From Hyaloraphidium curvatum SAG 235-1 (Eukaryota; Fungi; Monoblepharomycota), in assembly GCA_025558095.1 (NCBI GenBank), contig JAIVFI010000006.1, forward strand, positions 558,001-622,000: a DNA stretch of 64,000 nucleotides, given 5' to 3'. The notes below the pieces were generated by a model. The model was not told where the DNA came from and ran no database searches. It saw only the letters and a program-made list of their open reading frames with translations. The position numbers were made by a program, and so were the translations under genes. Below, piece by piece: positions 58,380 to 64,000 of the stretch (positions are counted from its first letter, which is position 1; every line of letters begins with the position of its first letter).

Positions 58380-61300
58380 ATGAGCGGCTTCAACTGGGCC
58401 AGCTTGCGGGGAGCCAGAGACTTCATTAAATCTTTGGGAGATGCAGACACCTATCCGGACCTGGCGGAGCTGCTCTCAAGTGAATACCTCTGCCCCGGGG
58501 CCGTTCACCGCTCATTCGGGATCCCGGCGCGTCCCCGACGCTCCAGATGGCGCAAGTCCCCCCGACTATGCCCAAATTCCAGAGCTTCAATGGCAGTTGA
58601 TCCAGAAGCGGCGGAGCCAGCCCTTCCCGGTTGCCCTTTTGGAGCAGTACGAACGTGCGCACCCGTCGGCCTCCAGACGGCGCCGGTTCTCACCGATGGG
58701 CGACTGCCAGACCTACAAACGCGGTCGTTCCTTGGTGTTTTCCCAGAGATATCGCGCGCATGGTTCACGGTGGACAACCGGCTGTACTTTCTGGACTACG
58801 AGACTGGGTCAGGCTTTCTTGAACGCACCTGGGCTCGGCCGGCTGACACGGACGTGGCCAGAACCGACCTGTATGCTTTTCAGGACCAGGATCAGATCAT
58901 TGTGAGCGTGGGGCTGGCTAAACCGATACCCGGTAGGTTCTCTCGGGGCATGTCGACCTTGGCACTGAAGGCTTGCTGTGTGCTGCCCATTCAGGGGTCT
59001 TTCTCGACAACATCGAATATGTTGTCGTCGTCGCCACTCCTTTGGAGATCTTTCTGCTCGCGGCCGCGTTTGAAAAGACGCCGGATGGGGGTCGCGGGGC
59101 CATGAACCTTTACCAGACTCAGATGTCGGTGGCAGCGGACGGGGTCAGCATGACGTCGATTGTCGGCTCGGCGGAGGGGCGGATATTCATGGGCGGCAAC
59201 AACGGAAACATCTACGAGCTGGTTTACCATGTGGGCGACGTGACGTCGCTGGATTGGGTGACGGCTCACATTCTCGCGTCGCAGGCTGAGGAATCTTGGT
59301 ATCGCCGCAGGTGCTACAAGACGAACTACTCGTCTCCGCTGGGATACTTCCTCCCTGCGGCATTGCGATTCGGGTCCGAAGGTAGGTGTCAACGTGATGC
59401 GCTGGCAAAGGCTGACTCACAAGTGGCAGATCCGTGTGTGAGCCTTGTGGTCGACAATGAGCGCAAGCTGCTTCACTCTTTGACGGCGTCGGGATCGATC
59501 GAAGTGGGTTCACGCTCTGGCGGCCCTGGAGCTCCCTTGAGAATCCCTTTTCCGTCCAGCTCGTCTACTTGGGTAGTGACGGCAAAGGCTTCAATCGGAT
59601 TGCAAAGGTGTCGGAACTCTGGCGTCTGGTCAACCAGCTCCCTCGGCAAGGGCAACCCGTGGACCCAAAGGTCTTTCGCATAATCTCGATCCATGTGATT
59701 GCCGTGGTGGAGTCCCGTTCTTGGCAGCTCGTTGCGCTGACCTCCAATGGTGGGTTGTTCCGCTGGTGACTGCGACCGCGTTGCGAACCACGAATCGCAG
59801 GAGATCGGCTCTTTTTCTCCTGCTACCCTCCGCACCCCTTTGGAGGTTTGCCCGGCGGAATGGCCGCTGCTCCTTCGCAGCCCCAAGTGCCGGTGGCGTT
59901 GCAGCTCGTCCACGTTCGGGCAGCCCCGCCGCAGCAGCCGTCCCAGGTCGCACCAGGTGGTTTGAAGTACCACCAGGGTCTCTACCAGAACGGATTCCTC
60001 CTTGTCGCGTGCGCGATCAATGGCGAAGTGGATTCTCTGGTTGCGGCGGGATCGGATTACCGAAGGGTAGGCAGTGTTGGCACTCTGGCGAGTCGTTTAG
60101 CTGACACTTCCCGAAGCCCGAGCAGCCCAAGAAGCTTCACGAAGTGTGCGGCAGCATTTTGGTGGAGAGCAGGAGCCTTGCGATCTCGCCGTATTTGGCG
60201 GGGTCGGCCGGTTCGGTGAGCGATCTCATCAACCAAGTCTCCAAGCCCCCGCCGCAGTTTCTGGTCCTCACAAGCTCCGGTAGGCACACTTGAGCTCGTC
60301 CAATGGCTTTCTGACTTGCCGTGGTCAAAGGCTTGACGGTCCTCGAGAGGGAACGCCCCATTGACGTCCTTTTCAAGCTTATTCGCGGGCTGCCAGAGTC
60401 TTATGGCGCAATATCGAGGTTTTTCGACCAGTGGGTATTCAATCTGGCTGCTGCCGAGCCAGACATTGAAGCGTGCACAGCTTTGGGCGTGACGAAGCGG
60501 CCTTGATGTGTCTGCTCGTAGCGGCAGAGATCCCCGATCTCCAAAGGTATGTTTTGAGGCACTCGTGCGTGCCCTCCGGAGCGTACTCACGATGCCACAT
60601 TCAGACCTGCCATGGAGCTCTACTACGATCGTAGTGGGGAAGCGGAGCTCACGCTGGTCCAACCTGTCGGCGTCGGATGTGGGTGCACATTGTCGATCGC
60701 GGAGCTTGTCCCTCACGACGCCTCCAGTGCAAGCTGCTGACGTTGGCAGACCGATCGATACCCCGAGGTTTGCCTATAGCGGTCGCCTCAACGGCCTGGC
60801 GCTTCTCGTCAGTCGGATAACCCGGCCGGTTTGGACATCGCCAATATTGAGGAGGGCTGCGTGAGTTGCCGTTCCACGGCATGGTACAACTAAGAGATCG
60901 TTTTGCTGACATTCCTACGTAACTAGTGATGCGAAGGGGCAGTCGGTGGTGACGCCCGGAGTTCCGCTGAAGGATCTCGTGCAGGTCAAGCTACGCTTGG
61001 CGACGCTGCGCAACGTGCTATCGAGGTTCGTCGACCATTTCGCCCCACGTACGCGACCTTTAGCACTTGCCGCCCTGACCAGGTATATGAACGTCCGCGA
61101 TCCGAACCGAGTTCCGGGAGGCGTGAAATCCCCCGACGCCGCCAAGGTGCCAGTCACGATCGTGCGCGTGATGTGCAGCGCTAACGGTCGCTATTGCTGC
61201 AGAGCGAACAGCAGCTTGTATTCGATGTCATGCACCTCCTGTCAGAAACCATCCAAGCTGTCGAGTTCATTGAGATATTGCACGAGCTCAACCTGCCCGA

Positions 61301-63681
61301 TGCATTCAACCAGTGAGGACCCGCCTTGCAAACCTGCTCGACGGTCTATTGATTGTGGCCCAGACTCCCTGAAGCGCGGCGGGACGACCTCTGCAAGCAA
61401 TTGTCGCTTGAAACCATCGTCGTCGACCAAGAATCTCGAAAAAAGGGCGTCCAAATTGTGCAAGATCTCTTTAAGCTGAACCAAGCATCTCGTGGCAGTG
61501 TAAGCTCACGTTAGGCTCTACGTTTCCCCACCATTTGACGGGCGTTTCACAGGTGGATGCACTGACCGCGAGTTTCCAGCAGCGTTGCCCATCCTTCGTT
61601 GCAGCGCGGGACATCGTCTGGTTCAAGGTCAGCTAGTCTTCAGCTGCCTCGTGAGAGCGTGGAGCTGATCCATTGTTGAACGAAGGGCATGGAGATTTTG
61701 GAACGTGCGATGAATGTGGCTGGTCCGGAGAGGGACGCAGCACTCATGGAATCTCAACGGTCCGTTTGAACTCCATTGCGCTTTTGTTCCGTGCTGACGT
61801 TCGTGACCTGCAGGCTGTGGCTTAGGGAAGCGCAAAATATGACTCCGGATAGGGTTGCAGAGATCGCCGCGCTGCACAGGAATCTCGGCTCGTTCTCTGG
61901 TGAGCTTGTCCTTCGTCACCGCAGCGGTCACTTACAATGGATCGTGTACAGCGACGGTTGAGTTGGCCTTGGCATGCGCCTCTGCGTCGGATCCCGAAGG
62001 CGCCGCCTTGAAGTACTCGGAGGGAATTGACACATCAATGGTGCGATCCGCATGCGATGACGTTCCCCTCAACGATGCTGACTAGGCGCGCAGCACGCAA
62101 AGGCGGCATATGATGTACGATCTCGCTGTTACGACATTGCGATCAAGGCCATCGAGGAGTGCTTTGCCGGTAGGGCAAACACCGGGCGTGACGGCGACAT
62201 CGGTTCCTCATCTGCCCTACATCTCAGGATCGCTGGAACAAATGCAGAAGCAGCTGATCACGATGTCCTTCAAATCGTCCGACACGCTATTTCTGTTCAG
62301 TCTCTATGACTGGCTTTTGTTGCAAGGGAAGACCGATCTTCTTCTAGAGGTAAGTGCCATTGTAAGGACACTGCCAAAAGGCAACTCACCTGCTCCCTCT
62401 TCACACGAAGGGCGAACCAGAGAGCTTGGAGAAGTTCCTCCTGCGAAGTCCGACGCTGGAGAAATCCAACCTGCTGTGGCTGTTACTGGTCAAGACCAAG
62501 CAGTACCTGAAGGCAAGCAGGGTGCTGGTCGGTCTTGCGGAGACCAAGGGGTAAGCCGGTTGTCATGCGACCGACTTTCCATCTCCTCACCGTATGCAGC
62601 CGCGATATTCCTCTGCCTAAACGCGTCGAGTATCTGTCCCTGGCGCTTTCGAATGCAAGGAGTGCTTCCGCAGGCCAGGAGGATGCTGGGGCCCTGCTGA
62701 GCTACGTCATAGACCGGTTGCAGGTTTGTGTTCCTGATGTCCTGCGTGGGGTTGGCACCAACGCCTTGGTGGACGTTGCAGGTCGCACAAGTGCAGCTGG
62801 AGATCATGGAGGCGGTTGCAGCGCGGGTGGAGAACACGAGCGAAAAGGAGCATGCCATAAATCAGCTCAACTCAGGACTGTTTGACGTCACTGATGTGGG
62901 TGTCGTGGCGGGCCAGCGTAACCGCAATTGGCTAACTCGATGCAATTGCAGCTCTTCAAGGAGTTTTCTGCCAAGTACGGCCTCTACGACAGCATCTTGG
63001 CGCTGCTTCATATCAGGTGTGTGACAGATGCCCGGCGCACACTCGGAAGCTGACCCGGAGCCAGTGGGAATGCACCTGACGGCATCGTGTTGAGGACCTG
63101 GAGCGAGATCCTCAAGGAAGCTCGCGCTCAAGGGTCGTCCTCTTCGGACAATCACAGGGCCGTGGCCGAGCGAGTGCAGAGCCTTGGCGCGCGCTTCCAT
63201 GGCGACGAGAACGTTTTTCCCGTTTGTGGGTGCACGTGGTGCCTTTTCCGATGGTTTGTTGATCCTGGGACGTCCCTCCAGACCTACTGTGCAAGGCGTT
63301 GGAGGATTACAGCTTCAAACATGGTGTTGAGGACAAAGCGTGGGTGGTGAGAATAATGCTGAGTGTTGGGGTGCCCTTCAGCGAGCTCTTTGAAAAGTAT
63401 GACGTGATGTTTCTCGAGACCAAGGTGGGTCGTTCGGACGTCGCCGTGCGTCTGCACTCTAAGAATGTCATCCAGGCTCGGGGTGGTGCATCAGCGGACC
63501 ACATCGCGGAGGCGATGTGCGCCTTGATCGAATCATGGCTGCAAACGGACCCTAAAGGCCTGCGGGCCAACGTACGGGCCGTGAACGATGTTCTGGTCAA
63601 GTTTATGCTCAACGGAACCAACGCTCGATTAGGGAGACTTCAGGAGTCTCTAAAGAGCACCTTCTCTGTGTCGGATTACTG
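58380..63681 (+). CDS. NUP170: Nucleoporin Nup157/Nup170 (Nup155), many exons
   Basis: LGVFPEISRAWFTVDNRLY, IVSVGLAKP..GVF, YVVVVATPLEI, GRIFMGG..IYELVY, YSGRLNGLALLVSRI..PVW, RVEYLSLALSNA. Confidence 0.92.
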
Positions 63682-63695
63682 AATGTACAGCAGCC

Positions 63696-64000
63696 TTACA
63701 CAAAGCGATCCAACATAGAAGCGATGCGATACCCGTTCTTGAAGTCCGTGGCCGATTGCTCCCTTTTGAACTGCACGTGGAACACCGTGCAAGGTATCCA
63801 ACCTTCGCGGCACTTTACCCAGAGCGCGTTCAGGGGCTTGGCGAAGAAAATGGTGCCGGGCGGAACCGACGTGTCGGGCGGTGGTTGTGCACCATCCATC
63901 ACCGTCCCCGGCGCCACGAACCCCTTCAGCTGAACCGATGCACCTTTGAATGTAGTGTGAAGAGGCTCCTGTAGGCTGACAGTTACGAAGGAAGGCGAAC
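63696..64000 (-). CDS. 3' end of a probable methionyl-tRNA formyltransferase (runs off the window)
   Basis: PPGTIFF..LWVKCREGWI..FHVQFKREQSATDFKNGY resembles the Formyl_trans_C terminus. Confidence 0.6.
   Translation of the reverse strand, partial: SPSFVTVSLQEPLHTTFKGASVQLKGFVAPGTVMDGAQPPPDTSVPPGTIFFAKPLNALWVKCREGWIPCTVFHVQFKREQSATDFKNGYRIASMLDRFV

Overview
Gene-dense, GC-rich eukaryotic DNA with many 45-70 nt introns. The gene set looks fungal, probably an early-diverging/chytrid-like lineage (inference). Housekeeping genes (ICL1, GH18, RPN5, DPS1, securin-like, LIP5, TAF1, LENG1-like, VTA1, SPT8, BPI-like, ULP1, ESS1, POT1, ATP5, a C2H2 zinc-finger gene, NUP170, FMT1 3' end) are packed mostly as alternating head-to-head/tail-to-tail pairs. 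Three mobile-DNA features interrupt them. (1) A ~15 kb nested island of LINE, Gypsy-chromovirus, Copia and TRIM-like pieces with a 2.67 kb tandem triplication (9758-25004), a candidate centromere/heterochromatin block. (2) Two 2866-bp hAT copies in opposite orientation encoding identical transposases, each with its own 8-bp TSD. (3) The main discovery: an 8.6 kb TA-flanked element (45255-53879). Its six minus-strand ORFs join through five GT-AG introns into one ~2697-aa protein, with an IS630/Tc1-type DDE transposase at the N-terminus and a Fanzor (eukaryotic TnpB/Cas12-like RNA-guided nuclease) with an intact RuvC D-E-D triad at the C-terminus. A candidate omegaRNA hairpin lies at the element's right end.
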